From assembly GCA_964394075.1 (NCBI GenBank), contig CAYMVI010000004.1, positions 28,563 to 92,562 on the forward strand: 64,000 bases of DNA, in the 5' to 3' direction. The first letter of the stretch is position 1; the number at the start of each line of letters is the position of its first letter. The notes beneath the pieces are model-generated. The model saw only the letters and a list, made by a program, of their open reading frames with translations, did no database searches and had not been told where the DNA came from. Below are positions 39,301-48,087 of this stretch, piece by piece. The translations under genes and the position numbers were made by a program. Origin of the DNA: an uncultured Eubacteriales bacterium (GTDB taxonomy: Bacteria > Bacillota > Clostridia > TANB77 > UBA1234).

Positions 39301-39854
39301 CGTGTATTTTCTATCTTTTTTTCAGCCTCGTTCTTACGCGTTCTGTACTTTACTATTCCCGCAGCTTCTTCGAAAATATTTCTTCTTTCCTCAGATTTCG
39401 TACTCAAAATCTCATCAATTCGACCTTGTCCAATAATAGAATATCCATCTCTACCAATACCAGTATCCATGAATAGTTCCACTATATCTTTAAGTCTACA
39501 ATGATTTTTATTTATAAAAAATTCACTATCTCCGCTTCTATAAACCCTTCTAGTTACAGTAACTTCAGAGTAATCAACTGGCAATTTACCGTCTGTATTA
39601 TCGATAGTCATATTAACTTCAGCAAATCCTAAAGATTTTCTTGCTTGTGTTCCAGCAAAAATAACATCTTCCATTTTAGATCCACGTAGAGTTTTTATGC
39701 TTTGTTCGCCTAAAACCCATCTAATAGCATCAGAAATGTTACTTTTTCCACTACCATTCGGACCTATTACAGCCGTAATACCATCTTCAAATTCAAGTGT
39801 TGTCTTATCAGCAAAAGATTTAAAACCTTGCATTTCTAGTTTTTTCAAATACAT
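36318..39854 (-). CDS. smc: Chromosome partition protein SMC
   Basis: N-term GPNGSGKSN Walker A, long coiled coils, hinge, C-term LSGGE...DEIEAALD; 1178 aa. Confidence 0.9.
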   Translation of the reverse strand: MYLKKLEMQGFKSFADKTTLEFEDGITAVIGPNGSGKSNISDAIRWVLGEQSIKTLRGSKMEDVIFAGTQARKSLGFAEVNMTIDNTDGKLPVDYSEVTVTRRVYRSGDSEFFINKNHCRLKDIVELFMDTGIGRDGYSIIGQGRIDEILSTKSEERRNIFEEAAGIVKYRTRKNEAEKKIENTRQNLVRINDIITEIEGQLGPLENQAEKAKKFLEIRDSLRYLEVGLLINNISKNKKKLEEVEEQTNEILTQIEDENGKLESFQKQKEELRIAVENIINEIEQAQASIFEFQNNIEKQKAEINVLEERIQNNTNKYELNAEDIEKSNARKAELEKEKDDRRLRKERLFADKKRFEDELKEKEAEFAKLSENFSNEQKHIEEKKAKILSNMDLKFEKLEILTDISANVEASTRRSHQIDEEIRDNIHELDKERMVKEEANVLLNEVTSKKNKLAENIEKLSKNRDLCIQKINELEEEIKKADSDYRVTESRYKFLVETENEFEGYNRAVKEVLSKCQSDKNFGKNIYGAVANLIQVPSEYETAIEMTLGAMIQNVVTESEDDAKRAIEFLKNNNLGRASFLPITAVKPGKVSQNFKGDAGVVGIASDLVKYDSKFENVVQSLLGKTVVVDNMDNAVALSKKYKYAFKIVTLDGDIINPSGQMTGGSVAKKTTSLLSRGREIKELEKKLKELQKAKEDAIANLEKYEKDSEATMNEYEVAEKEAQAVEVDYAREAQKMSEINNNIERYQKKIALLKGEKEKLEEGLVAEKQNEDDINGLIENLEKENEELQAVVDEFAKKNEEQQKVIDDLNSDIMDLKISVSSFDESSLSIDEMVAMIEQEINNCVQNVENKTAEREQLLAENDKLKEQITSIQTTIDNSDNNASEIEKKVAELKETREAKNAELVSVEDGITSEFKTLEILREQANKLEVRKSKLETDIEAITNKMWEDYETTPNTASNYAEVTPTTQKEVEKLKTEMRALGTVNVNAVEEFKALKERFDFLTTQRMDLEESEKSLNKIIDDMTRLMKIQFAEQFELINKNFTEVFTDLFGGGKANLKLADESNILECGIEIEVQPPGKKLQNMMLLSGGERALTAIALLFAILKLNPSPFCVLDEIEAALDDINVHRYADFLKKFSKETQFLIITHRKGTMEAANTMYGVTMEERGISKLLSIKL

Positions 39855-40089
39855 ATTTTTAAAACCCTCTCCTCCGTAAGTCTATACCACAAATATCTTA
39901 TACTAAACTCCCCCAATAAGCAAGCAAAAAAAGCCAAAAGAAATCTCGTGTTCTTCCATATATTTCAAGGGTTTTGTCAAGTAAAATATTTACCAAATTT
40001 TGCTTATTTTCCATCAAAATCTATTGTAACAACTTTTTACAAATGGTATAATTATATCTAGAGTTATAAAAAAAGAGGAGGAGACTATT

Positions 40090-40641
40090 ATGCCAATATT
40101 AATCGGAATTTTAGTAATTATTGTACTATTATTGGTTTGGGTGATAGCTGTATATAATAAACTTGTTCAATCAAGAAATAAAGTTAAAAATGCTTTCGCA
40201 CAAATTGATACTCAATTACAAAGAAGATTTGACCTTATTCCTAATTTAGTAGAAACAGTTAAAGGTTATGCTTCTCATGAAAAAGAGCTTCTTGAGAATG
40301 TTACAGCAAGTAGAAGTGGATATATGAGTGCTACCACAAATGCTGAAAAAATGGCTGCTGATAACCAATTAACATCAACTTTGAAATCACTTTTCGCTGT
40401 TGCTGAAAATTATCCTGAATTAAAAGCAAACCAAAACTTTGCTAAATTACAAGATGATTTAAAAGGAACAGAAGACAAAGTTGCATATTCAAGACAATTC
40501 TACAATGATGCTGTTACAATGTATAACAATGACTTGCAAATATTCCCTAACAATATCATTGCTGGAATATTCAATTTCAAAGAAGAAGACCTATTTAAAA
40601 CAGAAGAAGCTGCAAAAGCTGCTCCAAAGGTTCAATTCTAA
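40090..40641 (+). CDS. lemA: LemA-family membrane protein
   Basis: Single N-terminal TM + LemA motifs ([20 protein letters not shown]); 183 aa. Confidence 0.8.
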   Translation: MPILIGILVIIVLLLVWVIAVYNKLVQSRNKVKNAFAQIDTQLQRRFDLIPNLVETVKGYASHEKELLENVTASRSGYMSATTNAEKMAADNQLTSTLKSLFAVAENYPELKANQNFAKLQDDLKGTEDKVAYSRQFYNDAVTMYNNDLQIFPNNIIAGIFNFKEEDLFKTEEAAKAAPKVQF

Positions 40642-40650
40642 TTGTACTAA

Positions 40651-40682
40651 CAAAGGCCGCAAAACAGCGGCCTTGTTTTTTT
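40651..40682 (+). terminator. Intrinsic terminator after lemA
   Basis: AAAGGCCGC-AAAACAGC-GGCCTT + T-run. Confidence 0.6.
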
Positions 40683-40693
40683 GAAAGGATGAA

Positions 40694-41602
40694 TTGCTCA
40701 TGTTTGATTCAAGCAAAAAAAATAAAAGAAAAACATATGGAATAGTTTCACTTTTCTTGGTTTTTCTATCAGTAATTGTATATTTTATAATGACATATTG
40801 TTTTGAAGTAAGCGGAACAATCGCTTTAGTTGTATCTATGCTCATTGCAATACTTACTTCTTGGGCAAGTTACTATAATTCAGATAAAATCGTTTTATCT
40901 TTGAATGGCGCTCGTCCAGCGACAAAAGAAGAAAATCAAAGAATGGTAGATAATTTAGAAGCTCTTTGTATAGCCGCAGGAGGAATGCCAGTACCAAAAC
41001 TATATATCATGGACGACGGTTCACCAAACGCATTTGCAACAGGTCGTGATCCAGAGCATGGCGTAATTTGCGTAACAACTGGGCTTCTTGAAAAACTTGA
41101 TTCCAACGAATTAGAAGGCGTATTAGCGCATGAATTATCGCATATAAAAAACTACGATACATTACTTCAAACAATAGCATCTGTATTTGTAGGATTTGTA
41201 ACAATCTTATCTGATTTGTTCTTTAGAATAGGGCTAGATGTAATGTCTGATTCAGATAGTGATAGTAAAGGCGGTGTAATCGGAATAATCGGATTCGTAG
41301 CAGGAGTAATCTTTCTCGCTTTATCTCCTCTATTCGCTAATTTATTAAAACTTGCTTTATCTAGAAACAGAGAATTCTTAGCAGATTCATCTGCAATCGA
41401 GCTTACAAGAAACCCAGAAGGATTAATAAATGCATTAATAAAAATTTCTACAGATACAGATCCATTAGAACAAGCAAATAAATCTACAGAGTGTATGTAT
41501 ATTTCAAATCCAATAAAAGACAAAAAAGGAAAAACAAGTTCCCTATTCTCTACTCACCCATCAGTTGAAGATAGAATAGAAGCATTGAGACATATACATT
41601 AA
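40694..41602 (+). CDS. htpX: Zinc metalloprotease HtpX (M48)
   Basis: HELSH zinc motif, TM segments; 302 aa; classic lemA-htpX pairing. Confidence 0.85.
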   Translation: MLMFDSSKKNKRKTYGIVSLFLVFLSVIVYFIMTYCFEVSGTIALVVSMLIAILTSWASYYNSDKIVLSLNGARPATKEENQRMVDNLEALCIAAGGMPVPKLYIMDDGSPNAFATGRDPEHGVICVTTGLLEKLDSNELEGVLAHELSHIKNYDTLLQTIASVFVGFVTILSDLFFRIGLDVMSDSDSDSKGGVIGIIGFVAGVIFLALSPLFANLLKLALSRNREFLADSSAIELTRNPEGLINALIKISTDTDPLEQANKSTECMYISNPIKDKKGKTSSLFSTHPSVEDRIEALRHIH

Positions 41603-41617
41603 TTCAATAAATATTTA

Positions 41618-41650
41618 AAAGCGACTATAGATTTTATAGTCGCTTTTTCA
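41618..41650 (+). terminator. Intrinsic terminator after htpX
   Basis: AAAGCGACTATAGA-TTTT-ATAGTCGCTTT + T-run. Confidence 0.7.
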
Positions 41651-41672
41651 TTTCGTATTTTTTACAAATATA

Positions 41673-41701
41673 AAAAGCTGTGAGTTTTCTCACAGCTTTT
41701 T
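41673..41701 (-). terminator. Terminator downstream of tRNA-Lys(CTT)
   Basis: AAAAGCTGTGAG-TTTTC-TCACAGCTTTT hairpin. Confidence 0.6.
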
Positions 41702-41777
41702 TGGTGCACCACCGGGGACTCGAACCCCGGACCCACTGATTAAGAGTCAGTTGCTCTACCAACTGAGCTAGTGGTGC
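41702..41777 (-). tRNA. tRNA-Lys (anticodon CTT)
   Basis: Reverse complement GCACCAC TA GCTCAGTTGGTAGAGC A ACTGA-CTCTTAA-TCAGT GGGTC CGGGG-TTCGAGT-CCCCG GTGGTGC A CCA. Confidence 0.8.
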
Positions 41778-41917
41778 ATACGAGTTATATTATAGCACAA
41801 TTCGCTTTCGTGTCAATCATTATTTTGTCTACTTTTCTATCATTAAAGATAGTTATTTCAACTCTTGAAACATGAAGAAACGCCCCCAAAACGGGAGCGT
41901 TTCAAAAACTCATTTGA

Positions 41918-42475
41918 TTATTCAGGTCTTTCGATTGCCTTCTGATTTGACAAGATTGTTGCGTTTCCGAAGAACGAAACCTCCAAGGAAAGTACATCAC
42001 CAACACCCACATCAAGCCAAGCTTCCTTCTCGACAGTGTATTTTACCTCTTCACCATCTTGATTTTTGCCGTGAATATAGTGGTTCTTTCTTTCAGAGTC
42101 CACACGCTCATTTTCAGCCAAAGTATACTCCGGAAAATGAGGTTCGTAGTCGTCTCCAGTTTCCGTTACAGTGCGGTCATATTTCCAACGAAGAATCTCG
42201 TAATAATATTTTGTCCGATACTCATAACCGTCGAAGTTGCCTTCATCATCGTACTTTGTCTTGTAAATCTCACGTTTCTTTTTGATAAGTTCTGCCTCAC
42301 TCGGCAAAGACCAACCGCTTTCTTCGCACAGTACCTCTTTCTCGATTTCAACCGAGTATTCCCAGCTAATGCCGGTAACGGTTACTGTTTCCTCGCGAGT
42401 CATACAGCCGGTGCATGCAAAAAGCACCATCAGAACCATGAAAATCACAAAGATCTTCCGCCATACATGACACAT
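41918..42475 (-). CDS. Lipoprotein, unknown function (GC-enriched; N-terminal mature region similar to lipoprotein at 16840-17192)
   Basis: MCHVWRKIFVIFMVLMVLFACTGC signal/lipobox, then ...EETVTVTG...EY as in the other lipoprotein (CQKIVEEETFEVTATVTEKEY); start codon uncertain (ATG ~42475 vs upstream GTG 42547). Confidence 0.55.
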   Translation of the reverse strand: MCHVWRKIFVIFMVLMVLFACTGCMTREETVTVTGISWEYSVEIEKEVLCEESGWSLPSEAELIKKKREIYKTKYDDEGNFDGYEYRTKYYYEILRWKYDRTVTETGDDYEPHFPEYTLAENERVDSERKNHYIHGKNQDGEEVKYTVEKEAWLDVGVGDVLSLEVSFFGNATILSNQKAIERPE

Positions 42476-42614
42476 TTTCAAAGCATATTCCCCCAATCGA
42501 AGTATATATTTGTATTTGCTTTTATCTTCAAGTCCAGATTTTATCACGTTTTTCCACTTTTTTCAAGTTAAAGTTCGCTATTTACAAGCATTTCCGCAAT
42601 TAGGCCCTCGATTT

Positions 42615-43043
42615 TTATAGATATTGCCTTAATTCATTCATAAAATGCTGTTCTAAAACTACAATATCATTTGCAATTCCCATGATTTCTTTAGAAGCCC
42701 CAGCATATTGATTCATGTATCTGCTAACCGACTTTATGCCCATATTGCAACCGTCCATCATAATATCCGCAATCTTTTCATCAGTATTATTCATCATTAA
42801 CTTCATATCCGTACTCATGTTAGACATCGCTCTAGCTACTGGATTAGCGCTTTTCCCGCTCACTCCTATCTCGTCTAACTTTTCATGAATAACACCCAAA
42901 ATCTTAACATGTTCCTCTTCATATTGTTGTAATAAGTTCTTGAAATCTTGTCCAGAAGCATTATCTCTCACTTCTGCAATCCCCTGAATTCCCATTTTTA
43001 CTCCCGAGTCACACTCTTTTAAAAGCTCTATATCGTCTCTCAT
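42615..43043 (-). CDS. Hypothetical alpha-helical protein (142 aa)
   Basis: Clean ORF, moderately GC-enriched; no motif recognised. Confidence 0.45.
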   Translation of the reverse strand: MRDDIELLKECDSGVKMGIQGIAEVRDNASGQDFKNLLQQYEEEHVKILGVIHEKLDEIGVSGKSANPVARAMSNMSTDMKLMMNNTDEKIADIMMDGCNMGIKSVSRYMNQYAGASKEIMGIANDIVVLEQHFMNELRQYL

Positions 43044-43160
43044 TTATATCTCTCCTTTAACAAAAATTGTAATAATATTCTTACCCGATAACCGAAAAAT
43101 ATACTATTTTCAAGCATTTACAATATCTAAAAATATATTTCAAAATTCTTAAAAAAATTG

Positions 43161-43189
43161 TTGACACCTAAATATCTTTGTAGTAATAT
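43161..43189 (+). promoter_or_regulatory. Near-consensus sigma-A promoter for tRNA operon (TTGACA-17-TAATAT) with upstream A-tract
   Basis: TTGACA 43161-43166, 17-bp spacer, TAATAT 43184-43189. Confidence 0.6.
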
Positions 43190-43225
43190 ATAGAAGCAGT
43201 CGCAAATACAGACTGTTATGGTGAT

Positions 43226-43301
43226 GGGCCATTAGCTCAGTTGGCAGAGCACTTGACTTTTAATCAAGTTGTCCGCAGTTCGAATCTGCGATGGCTCACC
43301 A
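43226..43301 (+). tRNA. tRNA-Lys (anticodon TTT)
   Basis: GGGCCAT TA GCTCAGTTGGCAGAGC A CTTGA-CTTTTAA-TCAAG ... ATGGCTC A CCA. Confidence 0.85.
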
Positions 43302-43308
43302 TTAAACT

Positions 43309-43383
43309 GGCCCGTTGGTCAATCGGTTAAGACATCGCCCTTTCACGGCGGAGTGGGGAGTTCGACTCTCCCACGGGTCACCA
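43309..43383 (+). tRNA. tRNA-Glu (anticodon TTC)
   Basis: GGCCCGTTGGTCAA.CGGTTAAGAC...CCTTTCACGG...CGGGTCACCA; close to the B. subtilis tRNA-Glu sequence. Confidence 0.85.
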
Positions 43384-43384
43384 T

Positions 43385-43460
<76 letters not shown>

Positions 43461-43493
43461 AAAAACCTCGAATGTAAATTCGAGGTTTTTTAT
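43461..43493 (+). terminator. Intrinsic terminator after tRNA operon
   Basis: AAAAACCTCGAAT-GTAA-ATTCGAGGTTTTT. Confidence 0.7.
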
Positions 43494-43593
43494 TATCATT
43501 TTTTTGAGAAGGTTTTTATCTTCTCTTTTTTTATTTTTCTCCCCTATTTGTCTTTTCTATGATAGAATACTAGCAATATAAAGGAGATTAATT

Positions 43594-44079
43594 ATGGACA
43601 TTTTGTTTAAAAACGAATATACGATGAGAACCGAATTTTTCAATGAATATGTGTACAACGTGCTTTGCAAAAATATGACTATCGCCGGAGTATTAATATC
43701 ATTATTAGGAATAGTTTTCTTCTTTTTTGCTGATGAAGCTACATCGTATGTTGTTCTTACTGCCGCAATCATATCAGGTATAGCTGATATATTAACTCCT
43801 ATAACAATGGTTAGACAATTAGAAGAAACCGAAAAAAGATTAAATAACGGAAAGATTGAAACTACTAAAGTTGTTTTTTCTAACAATATTACAATGAACG
43901 AAGGTAAAGTTCATTTAGAATTTGAATATAATCAAATTTCTAAGATTGTACAAACTAAAAATTTTATTATTTTAAAGACAAGCAAACAATCAGCTATACT
44001 AGTATTTAAAAACGGCTTTTTAAAAGGTAATGAAAAAGATTTTCTAAATTTTATAGAAGAAAAAGTAAATGCTAAATAG
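43594..44079 (+). CDS. YcxB-like membrane protein (hypothetical)
   Basis: 161 aa, two central TM helices then beta-rich tail, YcxB-like architecture. Confidence 0.5.
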   Translation: MDILFKNEYTMRTEFFNEYVYNVLCKNMTIAGVLISLLGIVFFFFADEATSYVVLTAAIISGIADILTPITMVRQLEETEKRLNNGKIETTKVVFSNNITMNEGKVHLEFEYNQISKIVQTKNFIILKTSKQSAILVFKNGFLKGNEKDFLNFIEEKVNAK

Positions 44080-44103
44080 GTATGTTTTGAAAGGAAAGAC
44101 TCT

Positions 44104-44808
44104 ATGAAAAGAATTGATAAATTAATATCTGAACACACGCATTACACTAGAAGTGAAATTAAAAAAATAATTGCACGTGGCGTTGTTTTAGCTAATGATG
44201 AACGTGTTAAAAAGCCTGAGGATAAGTATGATGAAAATAGTGTTTCTATAAAAATAAATGGTAATGAAATTGATACTAGAAAGCATGTTTATTTGTTGTT
44301 GAATAAACCTAGGGGATATGTCTCTGCAACCGAAGATGCTAATCAAAGTACAGTCTTAGATTTGGTTCCGGAGAAATATAAAACTAGAAACATCTTCCCT
44401 GCTGGCCGTCTTGATAAAGACACAACTGGACTTATGCTAATTACTGATGATGGCGAATTTGCACATAACATCTTATCTCCAAAAAAACATGTAAAGAAAG
44501 AATATGAGGTTACTTTAGACATTCCTATGACAGAAGAAATGGTTGTTGGATTTAAAGAAGGAATCAATTTAAAAGATGGCGAATGCAAATCTGCAGTCTT
44601 AGTAATCACTGGAGAATACACAGGAAATGTAACTATTATAGAAGGAAGATATCATCAAATTAAAAGAATGTTTGGATGCTACGGTGCTAAAGTAATTGAA
44701 CTTAATAGAATTTGTATGGGAGACTTATATTTACCTAAAGACATCGCACTTGGCGAAATTAGAGAAGCTACTCCAGAAGAATTAGAAAAAATACAAACAA
44801 GAAATTAA
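44104..44808 (+). CDS. rsuA: 16S rRNA pseudouridine synthase (RsuA/RluB family, S4 domain + PUS catalytic domain)
   Basis: S4 domain N-term; catalytic Asp motif GRLDKDTTGLMLITDDGE; 234 aa. Confidence 0.8.
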   Translation: MKRIDKLISEHTHYTRSEIKKIIARGVVLANDERVKKPEDKYDENSVSIKINGNEIDTRKHVYLLLNKPRGYVSATEDANQSTVLDLVPEKYKTRNIFPAGRLDKDTTGLMLITDDGEFAHNILSPKKHVKKEYEVTLDIPMTEEMVVGFKEGINLKDGECKSAVLVITGEYTGNVTIIEGRYHQIKRMFGCYGAKVIELNRICMGDLYLPKDIALGEIREATPEELEKIQTRN

Positions 44809-44815
44809 CATTATA

Positions 44816-44845
44816 AAAACCTCGAGATAAGCTCGAGGTTTTTAT
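44816..44845 (+). terminator. Intrinsic terminator after rsuA
   Basis: AAAACCTCGAG-ATAAGC-TCGAGGTTTT. Confidence 0.7.
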
Positions 44846-44957
44846 TTTCTACCTCTTCCTCGAATATATTGACAAAAAGCCTGTCCTTAAAATATACTAC
44901 CCTTACAAACGCATAAACTTATAGTAACGCCACTTAATATTTTAGGAGGGATCATTC

Positions 44958-45230
44958 ATGGCAAGCTCAGACGTTTACTATTCATCAACTACCGGTTACC
45001 CCATCAACAACAAAGCTGACGTTATCAAACTTGTCACCTACACTGGCAGCAGACCTTTCGAGCTTTTCAAGGTTGAGCAGCATGATGCCCAGAACTGGGT
45101 TTATATGATGCTCATCGACAACGATGTTCTGCCTATTGTAGTTTCTGAAGAGCTGGCGCAGTCCATCATCGCCGATCCGGCCATTGGTGGTACCATCGCT
45201 TACAACACGTGGTATGAGCGTCATCGCTAA
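44958..45230 (+). CDS. Small hypothetical protein (90 aa), GC-rich gene
   Basis: RBS AGGAGGG; about 48% GC by eye; followed by GC-rich terminator. Confidence 0.55.
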   Translation: MASSDVYYSSTTGYPINNKADVIKLVTYTGSRPFELFKVEQHDAQNWVYMMLIDNDVLPIVVSEELAQSIIADPAIGGTIAYNTWYERHR

Positions 45231-45236
45231 TTCATT

Positions 45237-45268
45237 CTCCCCCTCGACTATTGAGGGGGAGTTTTTCT
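45237..45268 (+). terminator. Intrinsic terminator
   Basis: CTCCCCCTC-GACTATT-GAGGGGGAG + TTTTTC. Confidence 0.7.
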
Positions 45269-45337
45269 TTTTCTTGTGTCACTTTTCATCTCATTTGCAT
45301 AACTTGTATTATACCAATTTATTAGGAGGTTTTATTA

Positions 45338-45609
45338 TGATAAATAGGTGTAATAACAGGCGCAGATGTTCTTGTAATTGTTGCAATAGAAATTGCAGAA
45401 TGCTACCTGTAATGCCTGAAAATCCTTTACTTGCAAATGCTTATGTTCCATATCAATATAGTGAAGATCTTTTCTGTCCAAACGAAGCTTTAGCACATGG
45501 CACTGCATTTCCAGAGTTAGTTAGTCCTTATGAAAGAAATCAATCTCAAAACACAATTCAATATTTAAGAGAAACTCAAACTTGTGAGGAGGCTGATTTA
45601 GATGACTGA
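45338..45609 (+). CDS. cotJA: Spore coat-associated protein CotJA
   Basis: ATG 45338 after TTAGGAGG RBS; Cys-rich N-term and ANAYVPYQY motif resembling CotJA; first gene of cotJABC. Confidence 0.65.
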
Positions 45610-45853
45610 ACAACAAGCTTGTTTACAAGAATTAATGGCTCTTGATTTTAAGCTATATGATTTACAATTATATTTAAATACACATCCTTTTGATTCTGAA
45701 GTATTAGAAACATATCAAGATTTGAGCAAAGAAGCTCAAGCAGCAAGAACAAAATACGAATCAATGTATGGTCCTCTATCACCTACTAACGCTGCTACAA
45801 ACTGCGAATGGACTTGGATTAATAATCCTTGGCCTTGGGAAGGGATGGTGTAG
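45602..45853 (+). CDS. cotJB: Spore coat protein CotJB
   Basis: 83 aa, overlaps cotJA stop, precedes cotJC; CotJB-like helical protein. Confidence 0.7.
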   Translation: MTEQQACLQELMALDFKLYDLQLYLNTHPFDSEVLETYQDLSKEAQAARTKYESMYGPLSPTNAATNCEWTWINNPWPWEGMV

Positions 45854-45856
45854 ATT

Positions 45857-46501
45857 ATGTGGGGTTATGATAAAAAATTGCAGTATCCTGTAAATATTAA
45901 AAATCCAAATCCTCAACTTGCTAAATTTATAATAAGTCAATACGGCGGTCCCGATGGTGAGCTTGGAGCTTCTCTTAGATACCTAAGCCAACGTTTCAGT
46001 ATGCCAACCGAAATCACTAAAGCAACTCTTAATGATATCGGCACAGAAGAACTTGGACATTTAGAAATGATAGGCACAATGGTTAATCAATTGACACGTG
46101 GTGTCTCTCCTGAGAATTTAAGACGTGCCGGATTAGGTGATTATTATACTGATCATGGTGTTTCAATATTCCCTCAAAATGCTGCAGGCGTTCCTTTTAC
46201 AGCATCCTATATAGGTGTTAAAGGTGATCCTGTAACAGACCTTTATGAAGACATGGCTGCTGAACAAAAAGCTCGTTCAACATATGAATATTTGATCGAC
46301 TTATCCGATGATCCTGATGTAACTAATATATTAAAATTCTTGCGTGAAAGAGAAATTGTCCACTTTCAAAGATTTGGAGAAGCATTAAGAACTGTGCAAG
46401 AAAAACTTGCTCAAAGAAAGTTTTATATGAATCACCAAATGCCGAACTGTGGATGTCAAAACATACAATCGAATTCTGAACGTCAAAACACGAATAATTA
46501 A
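45857..46501 (+). CDS. cotJC: Spore coat protein CotJC (manganese-catalase/ferritin-like)
   Basis: 214 aa; diiron/Mn ligand pattern (EELGHLEMIG ... REREIVHFQRF). Confidence 0.85.
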   Translation: MWGYDKKLQYPVNIKNPNPQLAKFIISQYGGPDGELGASLRYLSQRFSMPTEITKATLNDIGTEELGHLEMIGTMVNQLTRGVSPENLRRAGLGDYYTDHGVSIFPQNAAGVPFTASYIGVKGDPVTDLYEDMAAEQKARSTYEYLIDLSDDPDVTNILKFLREREIVHFQRFGEALRTVQEKLAQRKFYMNHQMPNCGCQNIQSNSERQNTNN

Positions 46502-46511
46502 ATTAAACCAA

Positions 46512-46553
46512 AAATACACTTCAGGTGCAATCGCATTTTGAAGTGTATTTTTG
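46512..46553 (+). terminator. Intrinsic terminator after cotJC
   Basis: AAATACACTTCA-(14 nt)-TGAAGTGTATTT + T-run. Confidence 0.7.
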
Positions 46554-46627
46554 TTGTCAATCTTATTTAATTCACAAGTTGAATTTTATTTTCCATTGAG
46601 ATACTATAATAATCGGAGGAATTAACA

Positions 46628-47476
46628 ATGCAAACTTGGATTATATATACATTTTTATACGCACTTTTTTCTGGACTATTTCAATCTTCAAATAAAAAAG
46701 CACGTGAAAAAAATTCTACTTATGAAGTATTAGCAGGAATGTCATTAATTGCGTTTTTAGCAGGGCTACCACTTAACCATGACGTATTTAATGTCAATCT
46801 AATAGGACTTGGCATCGTATTTGCAAAATCTCTTTTTGTGTTTTTTGCATTTATTTTAGGAGTATCTGCTATGTATCAAATGCCACTTAGTCTATATAGT
46901 GTAATTAATCTTGGTAGAATAATTTTTACTATAATATTAAGTGTCTTAGTGTTGGGCGAAACCCTTACTCTAACTACATTCATAGGTATGTTAATTGTTT
47001 TGATTGGTGTATTGCTCGTTAATGCTCCATCAAAAACAAATAGAAAAAAAGAAACATCTTTATCTGCAGTTTTTATATTAATCTTGGCATGTTTTCTTAA
47101 TGCCTGTTCCGCAACTACAGATAAATTAATCATGGCATATATGACACCTGGTCAAGTACAATTTTGGTTTTTACTATTTTTAAGTATAAGCTATTGGATT
47201 TTACTTCTATGCAAAAGAAAGAAAATTAATTATAAACAAATGATAAGAAATCCATGGGTTTACGTTGCTGGATTAGCTTTATCATTTGGCGATCAACTTT
47301 TATTTAGAGCCAATGCCGAGCCAGATTGTATAGTAAGTATCATGACTCTTATAAAACAAATTTCTGCTGTTGAAATGATTTTACTTGGCAAACTACTTTT
47401 CAAAGAAAAAGGAATTGCAAAAAAACTTGCTTGTTCAACAGTAATTATTGCAGGAATTGCATTAACATTAATTTAA
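46628..47476 (+). CDS. EamA/DMT-family transporter
   Basis: 282 aa, ~10 TM, duplicated EamA pattern. Confidence 0.7.
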   Translation: MQTWIIYTFLYALFSGLFQSSNKKAREKNSTYEVLAGMSLIAFLAGLPLNHDVFNVNLIGLGIVFAKSLFVFFAFILGVSAMYQMPLSLYSVINLGRIIFTIILSVLVLGETLTLTTFIGMLIVLIGVLLVNAPSKTNRKKETSLSAVFILILACFLNACSATTDKLIMAYMTPGQVQFWFLLFLSISYWILLLCKRKKINYKQMIRNPWVYVAGLALSFGDQLLFRANAEPDCIVSIMTLIKQISAVEMILLGKLLFKEKGIAKKLACSTVIIAGIALTLI

Positions 47477-47526
47477 ATTTTATTTATAATAACTAACATA
47501 TTAACATCGTGAAAGGAGATTACAAA

Positions 47527-48087
47527 ATGATTAAAAAAATTACATACGTTACTGGCAACTGGGCAAAGATTGCCAGTGCTAGACAAATATTAGAACCACT
47601 TGGAATCGAAGTAGATAATATCAAAATGGATACTATAGAAATCCAAGCTGATGACGTAGAAGACATCGCAAAATACTCTGCTAAATGGGCTAGCAAACAG
47701 CTTAAATGCGATGTACTAAAAAATGATAGTGGACTATTTGTAGAATCGTTAAAAGGTTTTCCTGGACCTTATACACATTATGCAGATGATACTCTTGGTG
47801 AAGATGGTTTGTTAAAACTTTTAGCTGGCGAAGAAAATCGTCGTGCATATTTCAAAGAAGTTTTAGCCTATTGCGAATATGGCAAAGAACCAATCACATT
47901 CGTAGGAATCACACCTGGAACAATAGCATTAGAGAAGTCCGGAACATACGGATGGAGTTGGGATTTCATCTTCATACCAGATGGTTCAGACAAAACTTTA
48001 GCTTGCTATCCCGATGAAGAAAGATGGAAATTCTGGAGCTTAGATTCATACAAAAAACTAGTTGATTATCTAAAAGAAAATAATTAG
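47527..48087 (+). CDS. Ham1/RdgB-family non-canonical NTP pyrophosphatase paralogue
   Basis: MIKKITYVTGNWAKI...SGLFVESLKGFPGPYT Ham1 motifs; ATG 47527 after GAAAGGAG. Confidence 0.65.
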   Translation: MIKKITYVTGNWAKIASARQILEPLGIEVDNIKMDTIEIQADDVEDIAKYSAKWASKQLKCDVLKNDSGLFVESLKGFPGPYTHYADDTLGEDGLLKLLAGEENRRAYFKEVLAYCEYGKEPITFVGITPGTIALEKSGTYGWSWDFIFIPDGSDKTLACYPDEERWKFWSLDSYKKLVDYLKENN

